Source: Eledone cirrhosa
Lineage: Eukaryota
Reading direction: 5' to 3'
DNA: 64,000 nucleotides
NCBI GenBank assembly: GCA_964016885.1
Contig: OZ024742.1
Location: 81,406,001 to 81,470,000, forward strand
Numbering within the stretch: position 1 is the stretch's first letter; the number at the start of each line of letters is the position of its first letter. The notes under the pieces are model-generated. The model ran no database searches and was not told the DNA's origin. It was given only the letters and a program-made list of their open reading frames with translations. Below are positions 11,579 to 26,327 of the stretch, piece by piece. The translations under genes were made by a program, and so were the position numbers.

Positions 11579-12464
11579 ATTGGCGGGGCCAATTGAGGTG
11601 AAATAACTGTGCCGTATTGTTGTCATGAGATGCGAGTGTGAATTTTGTTGCGGGCAGATCGCACGGGGCCCAAGTCTTGGTGTAGATTTTTATTTTCGAA
11701 TTTGATTTCATACATTATTTTTATGCCTTGTTTCATTTTTTGTATTTTAATATGTTTATTCTTCTTATTATTATTTTAATTATTTGGCTCTTTTTATTTT
11801 GATACATTATGTGACAATGTTGTTTTGTCTGATGTGGGGGCGGTGGTGCTGGGATTATAGAGGTTGGCGAGTGGAACTGGCTTTACAGATAGATGTGGGT
11901 GTGTTGGTGGGGGATAGTCAGGCCAAGGTGTTGGGTAGCGGAGCTGGCCAGTAGGCTCCGGTTTGTTGTGGGGGATGGAGAGGGGCATCAAGGGTTGATA
12001 TTTAATTTTTCTTTACAGCAGCAGTTGAAGCATCTTGCTGATTAGATTGTCCAATGAGCAGAGAGAGACACAGAGAGAAGGAGAGAAAGAGAAAGATAGA
12101 GAGAGAGACAGATATTTAGACACAGAGAGTGGAAGCGCGAGGGGGAGTAAGAAGAAGGCCACCCTACCCTACCATCGGTGTTATCGGCTGATAATGACAT
12201 GAAATAGAGGGGTGAGGCTTGGAGGGAGGAGGTCGGGTCTGATCCATTGTGTAGATATGTAGTGCTGCTTTTCCTGTCTGGTCATTACTTTCCTGACGTT
12301 TTTCTTTTGAGGGGGGTGCAGAATTTTAAAGAGAAGAAGGTTAAAGAATGGACGTCCGAAGGTCTTCATACATGGAAGAAAAGAGCTACCCAAGTTTTAG
12401 TCTGACCACCCTCTAGTGTATAAGAGGTCTGGATTTTGTGGCTTTTCTTCTGGTGCTTATACGA

Positions 12465-12535
<71 letters not shown>

Positions 12536-12538
12536 CGA

Positions 12539-12596
<58 letters not shown>

Positions 12597-12599
12597 GAG

Positions 12600-12630
<31 letters not shown>

Positions 12631-12689
12631 GGAGAGAGATATACATATTCTTAGAAGAACCCCGAGACGACACATCCGTGCCTTTTTAT

Positions 12690-15600
12690 TCTCTAACCGG
12701 TAGAGCCTATTCATTTCTTGAAATTTTGCATAGAGTGAACGCCAAAAACTCGTTCGGATCAGGCTTCAGACTGGTCATTTCATTCGACTTGACGACTAGA
12801 ACGGCGTCACTATTCTATAGAACGCCAAACCGGAACCTCTACTGACTGCATTAATCCAAGTAGCTTGATATGAATGCCTCACAATATTACATATGTCAAG
12901 TGCCAAAGATTGGGTTTCGTCTGACATTAGTTTGCATGTATCTCAAAGTGATGAGCTGTAGAATGAAGGCCGGATAAAAGGCAAATAGTTCCCGCTTCTC
13001 TCATAGTGGCTGGGGTATCAGCACATACAGAAGGGAAGAGACAGGATACATAGACATAAGGGCAAGATCTGAAAAGTTTAACATACGAGGCCATTTTTAT
13101 CTGAAAACCATGTAGGTGTCTATTTGATTGACGTGATATCACCTACTGTAGACATGACCAAAATCATCTGCATTAATTATACAACGAAAAACCATGTCTC
13201 AAGTGAAAGATCCTTTCTGTCATATCAGTTTCTCTATGATTTATTGCGTTGACAATTATTTATCTTGTCTTCCCTCCAATCTCTGTTTCACATCATCATC
13301 ACATTTCACTTTTTCTCTCAGTTCCTTATTAACACATGCTTTCCCTCAATTTGCGGAACACATTGATATTTGTCATTCATTTCTATAAAACTTCTTTTAC
13401 TTCAATTCCCTCACTATCTTATATATTTAATTGGCCGTTCTGTAGCTCAATATACTTTGTTCAGATGTTTAGATTTTTCTCTAAATGACATTAGGGGACA
13501 TTACAGATATTTTCTAAACATTTGGTTCTTTATATTAAATTGTAATTGAATCTTTATTGAAACTCACATTATTTATTTCTGATATTGTATTTCTCAAGGA
13601 ATTATAGCAAAGAATGTTACCCTACAGTTACGACATCCCCTGTATATATAATGTAGGGTGAGCAGACATATATCCTCTAACAAAACAGTCAGTTAAATGC
13701 ATACGAAAATATATATCATTGGAATGAATAGTCCATTAATAGACGTACTTCCGATTCTCCCCAATATTCGACAATTGCTATAATTATAAGTCTGGAAAGA
13801 CTATATTTTTAATTTCTTCAATGATTCTTAAGTCAAGATTATATTTTCACCTCTACAGACAGGCTTGAAGTTTTTTTTTATTTTTTAAGGGAAAATCGTC
13901 CCGGGACACATTATTGTAAATTGAAGACTCACTTCGGGCATCCGAGAATGCGCTTTTCCTTTCAATACAGGTGCTCTTATCCACCATTGTATCCTCTATT
14001 AAACGATACAATTTCCCTCTTATTCATAACGAGATCAAATATGCTTACTGCCATTTAAACTGGGATGATTATATTTCAAATTTTAAACGTTTTCTAAAAT
14101 AACCGGATGTTCATAGTTCTAGATACAAACATATTACATAATAAACAGTCATCATCAATATCATGCAATGGTTGCATGGATAACTGTCTTTAACGTATTG
14201 ATTACTCTTAAACCGAGGAATTTCCTTCCTTCATACTGTTTTACATGTAGGATATATGGGTGCTTGAACCAGCTACTATTTCATTGGTCTGTTCCGGGAA
14301 CTATTTTATTAAAGATTGTTAAATGTATACTGGGTTTAAATTTTGAAGACACTTTCTCATATGAAACTACTGTAAAAGGGAGGATCATCATCGAATATTT
14401 CCAGAGATGGTGTTTGTAAGGATTTGTAGAACCCATCGTTAAGTCCAGGTTTAACTCAAGTCGGTATACTTTAGACAGAATAGTAGCTATTGTGGACTAC
14501 AGTCCAATGTTAGTGACGGTAGCCCTAATATTTTCGGAATATATCTAGAGTGCGACAATCAAAATCCTGTGATAAGGCCAGGCCAACATCTAGGTATATT
14601 TCAAATACATTTTTGCAAAATGTATTCTTTAGTGTATATATATATATATATATATATATACTGCTTCAGATTTCGTAACCCAAACAGACCCATTACTAAA
14701 AAAAGATGATTTAATGCGTACGTACATTATGATGTCAATTTCCTTACCACTACTAATTTAATCTACTCGCAAATGCTAAATAATTAATTCATAATGGCCT
14801 AAAATTCGTGGGTGAATGACAACGATGTCGAACTGTGATAATCAGCTTCTAATATTAGAAGGAATACTTCTGAATCTGTATAAGTCCGAAGTTGCCATGA
14901 TCAATTGTAAGATATTTCTATTATTGAAAATACGTATATTAGTATGCTTTAATATTTACTTATTGGCCACATCTAATTTAATTCCTGCAGGGTTCGGTAC
15001 TCTGAATATATATATGAGAGTGAAGTCAAATCAAAACTGGAGTACTTCCAGATGATGAATACTTCAAATACTCTGACAATACAGTCTGCAGACCCAATTG
15101 ATGAGGTTAACTTGAGGCTGCAAATATGATCGAGTATCTTGTGCATACGAGTGTATTCGTGAGGCACTGATAACTGTCGGATCCAAATGTTTCCTAAACA
15201 TTATTTCGTTATGCTCCCGCATGGTGGCATAATCTTGCTTCTCGTACACAGTGATCAAACACTTCGTATCTCCGATGTCGGCGGTTGCACTGCCGAACAA
15301 CTGTAAATGGTGTTTCGCGATGACTTAAAGCTATATTCAAGACGCGAGATAGGCTGACGGCCATGCTTCCCACTGCCCTCCTTTCATCACAACACATTAC
15401 GACAGCCCAACTTTGTGTGTGACCCTGTGTGGGACTGTATGATGAACACATACTTGGCTGAAATGCGTGATAAAATACACATTCATGTACGCACACACGC
15501 CTACACAAGCGTCCGATAGCAATCATTTGCTGCGTTGATTCGCTCAAGCACGCGTTCACACTCACGCCCATATATTCACAACAGGAAATCTATCTTTCAC

Positions 15601-15960
15601 ATGACCTGAGGTGCATACTATCACAGTATTCTACAGGCACATACATATACACCCATGTGAACTAATACTATGCTAAGATTATCTTCACTTCAATTTCTTT
15701 CATGCAAGTTTCATCATACGTATCTAGTATCGTTTAGAAAAGCAATATTGGCTTTTCCTCTCCGTTTGAGATCACATTTCTATAGATATTGACGTCTGCT
15801 GAAGTTCACATATTTGATGGATTATATTGCATTGCCTGTTGTGACAGACCGTCCCGTCATGTAAATGCCAATTTATTTTCTTCCGTCGTCAAGGTTGGTA
15901 TATTACACTGTTGATTCAAACTGAATTGCGGGACATATATTTCCGAAGTTAGCAACAATG
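12690..15960 (-). pseudogene. Probable decayed multi-exon host gene, C-type-lectin-domain-like
   Basis: Several ~340-480 bp non-repetitive blocks are bounded by AG/GT (e.g. 14960-15300, 14237-14589). Broken translations include IGDTKCLITVYEKQDYATMREH, MVDKSTCIERKSAFSDARSE, QQCNIPTLTTEENKLAF and LDICNIVRHSYQATWINAV...FLAFTLCKI. There are many stops and frameshifts; the family call is by eye only. Confidence 0.35.
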
Positions 15961-16199
15961 ACGGTTAGAAATGGAAACAAATAAATAAAAACCCAAACAA
16001 TATTGTTCGTAGTATTTTCGTTGTTAATATGATTGGTGAACGGGTTCTTGATTAATGTTGATAATATAATTATTTACGATTAAGGTATCTTTGTTGTTTG
16101 AAAACCGATATAATCACAGGAACAGCTTCAGCATATTGCACGTTGATTTAGTTTATCCAGAGCATTTATAGTAATAATGATAACAAATACTTTTGTTCA

Positions 16200-16953
16200 T
16201 AGTGATGATGACAACGACGACTCTGATTGTGATGATGATGGGTTGGTGGAGGAGGAGGATGAGGAGGAGGAGGGGGAGGGGGGGGGGGTGATGAGGAGGG
16301 GGGGGGGATTAGAAGGAGACAGAGGGTAGGAGGTCGTGGAGGAGGAGGAAGATGTTGATGGGAATTATGGTGGCGAAGATTATGAGATTGTTCATATATC
16401 TAGTGATAATGAAGATGATGGTGATAACGCTGGTGCTTCTGTTGATGGTGTCAGCGACGATCATTACGAATGTTTTGATGCTGATAATTAATATAATGTA
16501 GAAAATATGACGATGAATGTTATGAAGGTGATGGCGTCGAAATCAACAATATCACCGACGACCAGGCTGAATAGAAAGACGTTTATGAAATTCATGTCGA
16601 TGATAATGAATATATTGATGTTGATGATGAAGGTGATGATAAATATATTGAAATTGATGATTTATGAGTATGATGATTGGACACGTAATGTGATATAGAC
16701 AGGTGTTATGATATTAATATTGCTTGTGCTTCTGTTTTGCTTCTACTACTACTGCTGATGATGATGATGCTGATGATAACAATGATGATGGTAATGATTT
16801 GCAATAAATGCCTGTGGATGTTGATGAGAGTGATGATGATGGAACATCATTACTTGTAGCTTGATCTTTATCATCATCATCATCATCATCATTATCATCA
16901 TCATCATCATCATCATCTTGATCAACCTCCTCAGTTTTAACATCATCACTCAC

Positions 16954-17006
<53 letters not shown>

Positions 17007-17240
17007 AAACATATTGGTGATAAAGATTTATGAGTATAGGAAGTGGGATGATGTTAATATCTTATAGATTAGAAATGCAAGATATTATGAGCATGATGAT
17101 AATGATGGCTTTGGAAATATTGGTGGGAATGGTATTGCTAAAGGCAGTGTTGTTGCTAGTCGTGATTTTGGAGATCATGTTGTTATTTTTAATTTTAGTT
17201 TTGTATAGCTGTGATTGTGATTGGGATGATGTTAGCGAAA
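16200..17240. repeat. Low-complexity (GAT)n/(GGA)n/(CAT)n region
   Basis: Degenerate trinucleotide tracts, which explain the poly-M/D/H/I ORFs. Confidence 0.9.
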
Positions 17241-17953
17241 TTTGAAATATTGCCCTGGTGATATTTCAAGATGACATGAAATTAAATTGAAATACTTTCA
17301 AACGTACTTACTCCATTCGTTATTTTTTAAGCACTCTTTTGAAAATCAGTTCATTAATGCATTTGTGAAATATAGTCCGATGGGAATTAAAGCATCGCAA
17401 TACCTGTTAAAATTGAATATATATCAAGACACGCACCTATATTTTATGATGTGCCGGGCATACGTACATACACTTCGATTTGCAAAGTATATGAAAACAA
17501 CATAAACATGACAAATTAACTCAAGTATATATTTGTGAATATATAACTTACATACATACACACATACGTATATTTACACCCGCTCACAAACATTCACTAA
17601 ATGGTGTATATATATATATATATATGGCTTCTACAGGACTACAACTGTCTCATTCGTACATGTATGTGTGTATGTGTGTGTGTGGTGGTGGGGGGGCGTA
17701 TTTGTGTGTGTTTGTGTACGTGTGAGTAAATTCATGTGTATGTGTAACCATTATTTATTAGTGAAACAGAAAACCGCGTTGCACATATAGTTTATATGAA
17801 TGATATAATCAAATTGGCGACGTGGTCGGAGCAATTTTAAGAATTTTGTCTACACGAACGACACACAGGGGAGGGCTAGTGGCGTTAAACCCGCCCGACA
17901 ACTACTTTACGAAACACAAACACTCACATACAGACACACACACACACACAAAC

Positions 17954-18019
<66 letters not shown>

Positions 18020-19304
18020 GTCTTTTAGGCTTGGTCTAATGTCTAAATTCATCTGAGATTTGTAACGGGATAGAGTGATATTTTGTAATTATAAAGGAAA
18101 TAAAATATATAGTAATAAAAAGAAAAAGCAGCGAATTATTTTTCTAGCCAACTTTCCGCTTTAGAGCGCTCGATAGATAGCTCGGAAATATATCACATTA
18201 ATCAAATATCTATTGGAACAAACCATTTATTTTCTCCAATTGAAAATATATTCAGTGCACCACAATCTATGATTTATAGTGATCGCTTGACTTCCACTTG
18301 GTTATTTTGCTCGTTTCGCATCGTTTTCGCAATCAATGCACCTCACTTACATTGGACAAGTCAATTGGAAATAGTTTCATCAATAGTAATATCATAGCTA
18401 ATCAAACATATGGGCCATAGATCAATCTATCATCAAAAACATCCCGAGTCACCTGGATTATCTTCTCTTAATCCATTGATAGAATGTATGTACATCTACA
18501 TATATAATTGTATGTGTGTGTATGTATGTTCTCATATATGTATGTATGCGAGTGTGTCTATGTGTATATGTATGTATATATATACTCCTTGTTTTGTGCA
18601 TGTATGTAGTTTTTCCGTTTTGTTCTCTCTTTTGTCTCTCCTGTCAAAGTAATTCTTTGGTTCAAATAAGTTCAAATGTGTTAATGAATCACTTTAAATA
18701 TATGACTTATATTATAAATTCTGATTCACTGCTCATTCTATTTATTTGCTAGTTATTTATAATTTGCTCATTGAAATATTTGGCACATTTTACATTTAAA
18801 TTGAATAGTTGTAATGTACCATAGCCAATTTTATTTTATTTCATTGCTCTATAATTGCTTTTATTGTCTTACCTCTATTATTATTTGTTATACGAATGCA
18901 GTATTTTTAAGATAATACTGCTCATTACATTCCATTAGGTATTCAGTTTATAGAAATGCTTGTTTATACATACAATAAATAAATTAACTAAAACATAATA
19001 ATGAACATAATAATAAGGTTCCACTATCACTGAACACATATGTTATTAGTGTGTCTAATTATAATGTCATATTTTAAAATTATAACGTTAATTGGCTGGC
19101 GCTGTATATCCGATCAGGATCTATTTTATTTCAATGTTCATAATATGATTTCATAATACCCGTCACTCGCATAAACAAAACCACATGCATACATTCAACC
19201 AACTATTGTGTAATTTTTAATAATTTTCAAGATCACTACTGTTGCAGGGATACTTGTTGAAATTATCGCTCCCTATATTAATATTCAGCTGATGAAGGGC
19301 AGTT

Positions 19305-19655
19305 AAATGGCAGGATCGGTAGATCTTAGGGCAATATGCTTTGCAGCATAGAGTGACGGTTAACTACGGTTTGAATTCAAATCCCACCGACGATAGCTTT
19401 ATCGATAAAATAATGTACCAGTAATTCACTGTAGTCGATGTCATTGAAATTGTTGGCATTGGGGCTAAATCAAAAAACATTACTGAGGTGGTGAAACAAG
19501 AGAATCGTTAGAAGGTCCGATAACATTCTTTGCGATATACGTTGCGGCTCTCTGCTCTCTGAGTTCAAATCCTACCGAGTCCAACTTTGCATTTTATCCT
19601 TTTGAGGTCGATAAAATACTACCAGTGAAGTACTGGGGTAAATTCGTCCACTGTG
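19305..19655 (+). mobile_element. Two adjacent diverged tRNA-derived SINE copies
   Basis: GAATTCAAATCCCACCGA...TCGATAAAATAATGTACCAGT (19372-19422) and GAGTTCAAATCCTACCGAG...GAGGTCGATAAAATACTACCAGT (19561-19626). Confidence 0.75.
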
Positions 19656-20538
19656 TATCATTCTCACATCCATTCACTCCCTCTCTATCAGACTCTGGAA
19701 GAATTCTGCAGTATTCAGAGACAGAGACGAGATGGGTTACACCAAATTTAAAATGCCCAAGAAACGATTTATGTCATTGCGGTGCAACTATGTCTCCACC
19801 AGGAGTTATGTAACCATTCAATGCCAACATGATTTCAGAAGGGAAAACGGAAAAACGCATAAAAATATCCAACTATCTATTGTCGATGATTTGGCTTATG
19901 TTTTTAAGGTTGAATTTATCATTCCTTATCCTATTATTTGCTTGGCATATAAGGAATATTATTTGCTTGTTTCACTGCCGCATAATTTTCTTTATGAATA
20001 GTTTTGTATTCCATTTATATTTGATCAGCTATAGTGGAATTTTTTTATGCGTTATGTATAAGACAAATATTATGTGTTTCCACACGAAAAAAAAATTAAA
20101 GGAATTTACTTTAAGCTAACATACATTTAAAATACAAAATTTGCTCCACTTGTGATTCAACAAGTGATTCACTATCAACATGCTCTGGGTTACGGATAAT
20201 TGTAAGATATTCCGTGTTATTCGAATTTGTCATGTCCTTGTAATGTTAGTGCAACCATCCGACAGGTGTTTATGTTCCAGATTAATACTGTAATTTTGTT
20301 CGTATCTTGGAGGTTATATACACACATTATTTGTCTATCTTCATACTTCACATAAGCACAGCATTGAAGCAGCCTAATCTCTTCCCATATGCATCCACAA
20401 TGTCATCTCTTTTAATATGTAATTCGTCGTTTATTAAATGTTTAATGACTTATCGAAATATAGTCTGTTTTCTTTTTAGCAAACAATTACCACAATAGAT
20501 AATAGGGGTTAATAATGGTGTATATTTTGGAGTGAAGG

Positions 20539-20588
<50 letters not shown>

Positions 20589-20636
20589 ATGTGTGTGTAT
20601 GCGCATGTGTGTATATGTGCGTGTGTGTGTGTGTGT

Positions 20637-21275
20637 GTATAAACAAATAGTAAAAAGGAAAAGCATACAGTAGAGAATGATGGAGGGATATTTTCAGTGT
20701 AATATCAAAACGTAGTTATAAGTTGGGATTTCCGCATTTGATCGTGCACCGGCTTCAGCCTTATATGCTTTTTCAACGACGGAAACATATAGTGCAGTTA
20801 AATTGTATATTTATACAAATAATAATAAAATGGAGGAAACACTTAGTAGTTTTTACATACATATTTAGAGAGGAAAGTTTATATTTCTGTCCGAAGTTCT
20901 TTTTTGCTCTCTACTAAGGTTGACCAACAGAGGTGGTAGCAGTTTAAATTGTTGGTTTCAACTGCTGGCTTCGACTGGGAGAAGGGGAATGAGAGGAAGG
21001 AGGAGGAGCAGGAGAAGAAGGAGAAGGAGAGGGAGGGGCAGGGGATAGATGTAGTAGCAATATCAGGGCTATGGTAAGGAGGGGGAAGACGCAGAATGGG
21101 TGGGTATATTAGAGGGAGACGGCGAGCAGCTGTAGTGGTGATAATCACTGTTGATAATGGTAAGGGCACGATTAAATGCGGAAATCCCAACTTATAAATG
21201 AATGTTTTGATATTATACTGAAAAAATCCCTCCACCATTTTCAACGTATTTTTTCCTAGTTACTATTTGTTTATA
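20637..21275. mobile_element. Non-coding element with ~110-bp diverged inverted ends, probably a Penelope-like pLTR fragment with inversion
   Basis: ATAAACAAATAGTAA...TTATAAGTTGGGATTTCCGCATTTGATCGTGC (20639-20747) is inverted at 21166-21273. A very degenerate hammerhead-like remnant lies at 20741-20780 (minus). Confidence 0.55.
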
Positions 21276-21484
21276 TTTATCAACTCGTGTGTCAATTTTC
21301 TACATTACACACACACACACACTTACACAAAATACACACATATACACGTACACACACACGCACACATTTATATATATATATATATTAAGTATATGTGGTT
21401 GTTTACCGACACCTCAGTATGCAGATTGGAACAATCGACGAAGTACGCAGGTTGGTTTGTTTACTCCGGAGTAATATAACATAA

Positions 21485-24430
21485 GTAAGTCAAACATGTA
21501 AAATGTGGCTTCGTTTATTATAGATTATCTGCTATATATATTTCGGTGACAGCTATTATTGGCTGTGCCCTCTTCATGAAGTACGAATTAATGTGGAAAG
21601 GGCAGGTAAACATGTAGTTGAAATGTGTTCCACGCTCTCAATTCATCGATATGTCCAGGTCCTAGGTTTGTTGTTAGTCCTCCGAGGAACTGGAACCACA
21701 TGGGCTAGAACAAACGAATTTCAGCGTCAGAATCCACGGTCGTACCCCAATGGTCAGTTATCATACCACTCCCTAGTCGAAAGTCTATAGAAATTCTTCT
21801 GGGATAGGTCATCCTGTTATAGATGTTTTTATCAGAATGTGTAAATCCTGCTGACCTAGTTTACTGAGGTGGTAGTGGTGTTAAGAGGTCAGCTTGCAGG
21901 TCAGCCTTAGTAGGCTGCTGCTATGATAGGATGAATGTATGTGTGTAGACTGGCATCTAACCTGCCACCACATCACGTGATGGGGGATGCCAACCAAAGA
22001 ATGCGTCAGTTACAACCAATAAAAATAATAAATAAAATATTTAGAAAAATATGAAATGAAATAAAAAAACCTGTGTGTCAGAATCGAGATGTGTAAAGAA
22101 TTACAATTCTTACTTTAGAATAGAGTACATAGTGTAATTGTCCGTCACCGCACACCGTTGCCCGTGCACACGTATAAACACAGGCTCGGGTGCATTCACC
22201 TATTTACGTCCACACAGTTCAACAAAAGATGGGTGCGTTGTAAAACAAATGAAGTAAAAGTGAAGTAAGAAATAAAAAACCAAAAGACATGTGTCGAAAT
22301 CCAGATGTGTAAAGTACTACAACTCTGATTTCAGCATAAAATACATATGCGTATATGTTCGTCAACGCACACCTCTGCACGTACACACGCACAAACACAG
22401 GCTCAGGTGCATTCCCATATTACGTCTACACAGTCACACACACGCATATATGCACGCATACACACAATTCCATATAAGCCCACATGTGGATACACACGCA
22501 GGGACATAAGTCACCTCTGGAGGTGGGGAGAGAGTAAGTAGTAGTAATAGGTGCGTCCTATTTACTTGTGGTATTTATCACTGACGCATGCGTGCGAAGG
22601 GGATCGGGTTCGAGGCAGGATATCCTCCGGGTGCTCGGATCATTATCAGGGGTTGGCCGTATGGGCCCAGTGGTGGGAAACTTGGTGTGCCTGTTTGTAC
22701 ATAGGATAGGACTGCGCCGACGTACTTCGTCATTGTATATCATCTGGTGTCAGCTAACTTGAGTTCTGGTTATGAAAGTGACAGAGACGGGTTGATCACA
22801 CTGGTTTGATGCATTGTTTTAGCTGCTAGGTAGGTGTGTTGCTATATGTGCGAATCGAAGCGAGTAAAGGGCGATAGAGGCGGATGTTGCGGGTGGTGTT
22901 GGTGTAATTTGGGTTCGGTGGGACGGACTCCTGTCCCTATAGCTCCAGTGGAGTTCCCATCCCAATGGGTTGTTATACATATAGCTTGAGGTAGGTTCTG
23001 GTCCTGAGGTGTATACATGTACCGAAAAAGTCTGTCTAGAGGTTGATTAGGCTACTCCCACCACTGAGTATCTCAAGGGTCTCGCTCAGACAGAGGTTGC
23101 AGATGCCATATCCCGCTCTATCAGGTGGCACTTTACTGATTTTGGACCAGGCCATAGAATACGGGGTCCTGACAAACTTAGCTTCCAGATCAGTTCGGAA
23201 AGAGCCGCATTTTTCCTTTTGCCCTCCCTATTAAAGAAATGGCGATGGTTATACCATCTGTCTTTGAAGCTCGTTAATGTGGCTCCTATGTAAAGGTACT
23301 TAGAGTTAGGCATTGTTACTCGAGATCTGTATACTAAGTTCTTACTTAGGCATTTAATACTAAGGGGGCATAATGTGGGGTTCTGCAGTTGCAGTAGGTG
23401 GTCGACCCTTGAATGACCATCGTGGGGTTCCCGTTGCGTAGTATGGGGTGGTCTGCCCCTGGGACCGGTGGAGGGTCTTTGGTCTATTTGGGTTCCAAGC
23501 GTGGGTTACGGGTCCAGCATTCCCCCCATACCCTGCTCTGCTGGGTGTCTATAGTGTCAGCTGCTGGCTGTGTGTAGTTTCTAAGTCTACTTCTATTGAT
23601 GCTAGCTACGTGCTGGGCTACGCTGCGTGTGGTAGAATACGAGAGCTTCACCGTGTGTCTGTCGAAGATATTGTGGTATACGTGGTCCCTCGGGAGCACT
23701 TATCTATTGCCCTAAAGAATGACCGGGGTAGGCTCATCTTCAGGCCCGCTGAGAAGGGTGGGTTTTACCACGAAATTTTACTTTTCTGTGTGGGTGGGTT
23801 GAGCGTGCTGTGGCCTGTTGGGGAGTTGTTGGGTTGCTACTGGTTCCCGCATTGTTTCTTCCCCTTTGGGCGCTATGTGTTTTGCTAGCTTCTCGGCCCG
23901 TATCTGTTGGGTGGTGTGTGCCACGCTGAGAGCTTTACAAAGGAATGTTCCCCCATCATACCTGCTTTGTGTCTTATGTTTGGGAGCGTCGGGCTCGGGG
24001 TTGTTAGTATCACCCCTAAGACCTCATCGCGTACTGGCTTCCTCCCATGGCTAGGCGTACGCATCCTTTTCGCTAATATGGTGGTGCCGCGTTCAGCAGG
24101 CTCCATGGCTTCCACTCTTCTTGCACTGTTAGGGTTCCCCCCTCCCGGATACCGAGGGTCGGGAGGCCCGATGGGCTATCTATATAATGGCGCCTCGGGT
24201 TGTAAGATATAGAGCTGCGTTAAAATATTCTGCGTTGTTATCGAAGATCTCCTTATTGGCGCACAGGCTGGAGATCCTGTCCGAGACACTCTTGATTACG
24301 GCCTTAATTATGGATCTAGGGTGGTTTGACTTAGCAATAACATATACCAATTTCTGGTTGGGCTTCGGATAGGGGTAGTATTGCTCAGTGTTTAGGCTCA
24401 GGGTGTTGTCTAGGAAGTTGACTACCTTTC
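21485..24430 (-). mobile_element. Penelope-like element, 5'-truncated and decayed (RT thumb, linker, GIY-YIG, long 3' region)
   Basis: The minus strand encodes KVVNFLDNTLSL...KPNQKLVYVIAKSNHPRSII (24430-24300), HNIFDRHTVKLSYSTT, and GIY-YIG YIGATLTSFKDRWYNHR...LSELIWKL. A hammerhead-like motif lies at its 3' end. Confidence 0.88.
21526..21583 (-). ncRNA. Degenerate hammerhead ribozyme at the end of the Penelope-like element
   Basis: Minus strand: ATGAAGA-GGGCACAGC-CAATAATA-GCTGTCACC-GAAA-TATATA-TA-GCAGATA. C3 is mutated and stem I is weak. Confidence 0.6.
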
Positions 24431-24457
24431 TATTTTATATATATATATTTATATATA

Positions 24458-24938
24458 CTAGCAGAGAAACCACCCTCGGATGGTTTTCTGCTAGCATATG
24501 TAGTGTCTATATTGATATTATACACAAATATATATGCATGTAAATAGAATCGTAATTGACAATATACACAGAAATTGAACGAACACTGTCTTACACTGTC
24601 TTCTGTAATCAGTAACGTAATCCCTGATACATTTAAAAGAATACGATATTATATATAAACTGCATTAGGAGAAAATTAGCGACGGAAATATATGCGATTA
24701 TAAGTGTTATAATATAGCGGCCGCTAACGGGAAGTGTTGACATTTGACAATTTTAAAAAAAAGTGAATCTTTAAATGAGCTATAAAATATATTTAATTAA
24801 CAGCCACGAAATTTAGTAGATACATTATGTAATATTCATTCATTATTCATTCAAAGTAATCCAACTTATTTTACAAACGGGGTCAAAAATAATAATATTC
24901 TGGATGCAGTCCTGCACTCCTTTCTTTATTATTATAGT
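24458..24938 (-). mobile_element. Short non-autonomous Helitron-like element
   Basis: Minus-strand 3' end AAACCATCCGAGGGTGGTTT (hairpin)-CTCTG-CTAG|T at 24458, inserted in a TA tract. The 5' end (TTTATTATTATAG) is degenerate. Confidence 0.55.
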
Positions 24939-26327
24939 TAATATATATATATATATATATATATAATGTTTGTCTTCTTAAATTAATAATGTTCACTGGC
25001 CTATTTCCATTTCATATTGCTATTTATAATGCGTGACCAAAATGTTGCGATTCTTCCATTGCATAGTTATGACTTTCTCTTCATATGTTCTAGCTACGGG
25101 ACTATTAGGTGTTTTCCATAACAACACAAATGACAAGGACGACTTCTAGTAATTACAAAATATTTCATGGTTCGTTATGGTTCATTTAACACGTTTGGAA
25201 ATTTGAACGGCGTGGAACTGATGAGTATTTCTCGCTTTCCTACAAATATCATTTTAAACATATTTCAAAATGCATATCTATTGTATTATATATATCGCTG
25301 TTTTTGTATTACAGGTCTGATATTCTAATCTCACAGAATACATAGACTGTCATCAATTGACAATCAGGTGAATGTATAGTAGGCATTAAATTGTGTTAAA
25401 TCGAATGTGCTGTCTAACAATATGACTACAATTCAGTTATTTAACTGCCGATTTTCTATTAAATTCTTCAATTGTTATATATTAAGTTATTTATATTATT
25501 ATCCTCCTGTTTGCCACTAATACAACATATCACCATTACACGAAACTATACCTGAAAGTATGTGACTATTTAGGAATATAAATACATATCAATATACGTT
25601 TCTTGTTCCATATCTGATAATTGCGCAAAAAAATGTAGTTTTTCATGATCTGGGAAAATTAACCATTAAGGAATACAATAATTCTAGTAATTTCTTCTAT
25701 TTCGATAATAATTAAATTAACTATGTTTTCCCATTAAATATTTTGAAGAGTAACAAATTAGACATTGTATGATTTAAAATGTAACAAGTCTTAAAAAAAA
25801 AGATGTTGGCAATTATTAATATCGAGGTTAATGCATAGTAGATATTGATTTTAGTAAATTAGAAAGTGCTGTATAAAGGATGCCCATACATATACGGTAA
25901 TAAGCTGATTCAAATTGCCGTTGTTAAACGCACAATTTGCGGCATGGGAGATCTAGTACAACTAGAAAAATACCTCTATGAAATAATAATCTAACGTCGT
26001 CATCAAGGCAGGAGTCTATGTACATTTCTAACCTTAATTTTCAAGCATAACCAATGTATATTCATTTGCAATACAGATTAAATTATGAATTAGTAGCTGG
26101 ACGTATAAAACACTGTGAGCACGGTGAGCACGACTCAGTGCAATTAAGAGTATATTATATGTATCCTTATAAACTTGTAATCATAATAATTTTCCTGACA
26201 TAGCATTAACAAATTATGTTACCTTTGAAGCCTTAGTACAAATGTCATGTATAGTATTGCAGGTATATAATATCCAGTGTTCACACCATGGAAAGCTTCC
26301 ATGAACTATTGATCTAACATTATTATT

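Noticed and set aside
11580-12415. Possible additional LINE 3' remnant (KKNVRKVMTRQEKQHYISTQW)
   Set aside because: The similarity is too weak to assign by eye.
16870-17005. (CAT)n...(ATG)n inverted microsatellite hairpin
   Set aside because: It has no unique-sequence arms, so it cannot be distinguished from ordinary low-complexity turnover.
19289-19305. CTGATGAAGGGC motif
   Set aside because: It is cut off by a SINE, with no GAAA partner or stems.
20741-20780. Hammerhead-like remnant next to the 110-bp inverted repeat
   Set aside because: Both core boxes are mutated (TGAAAAA, GAAG); too degenerate to call.
25314-25367. Plus-strand AG...GT mini-exon
   Set aside because: It has stops in all three frames and no supporting neighbours.
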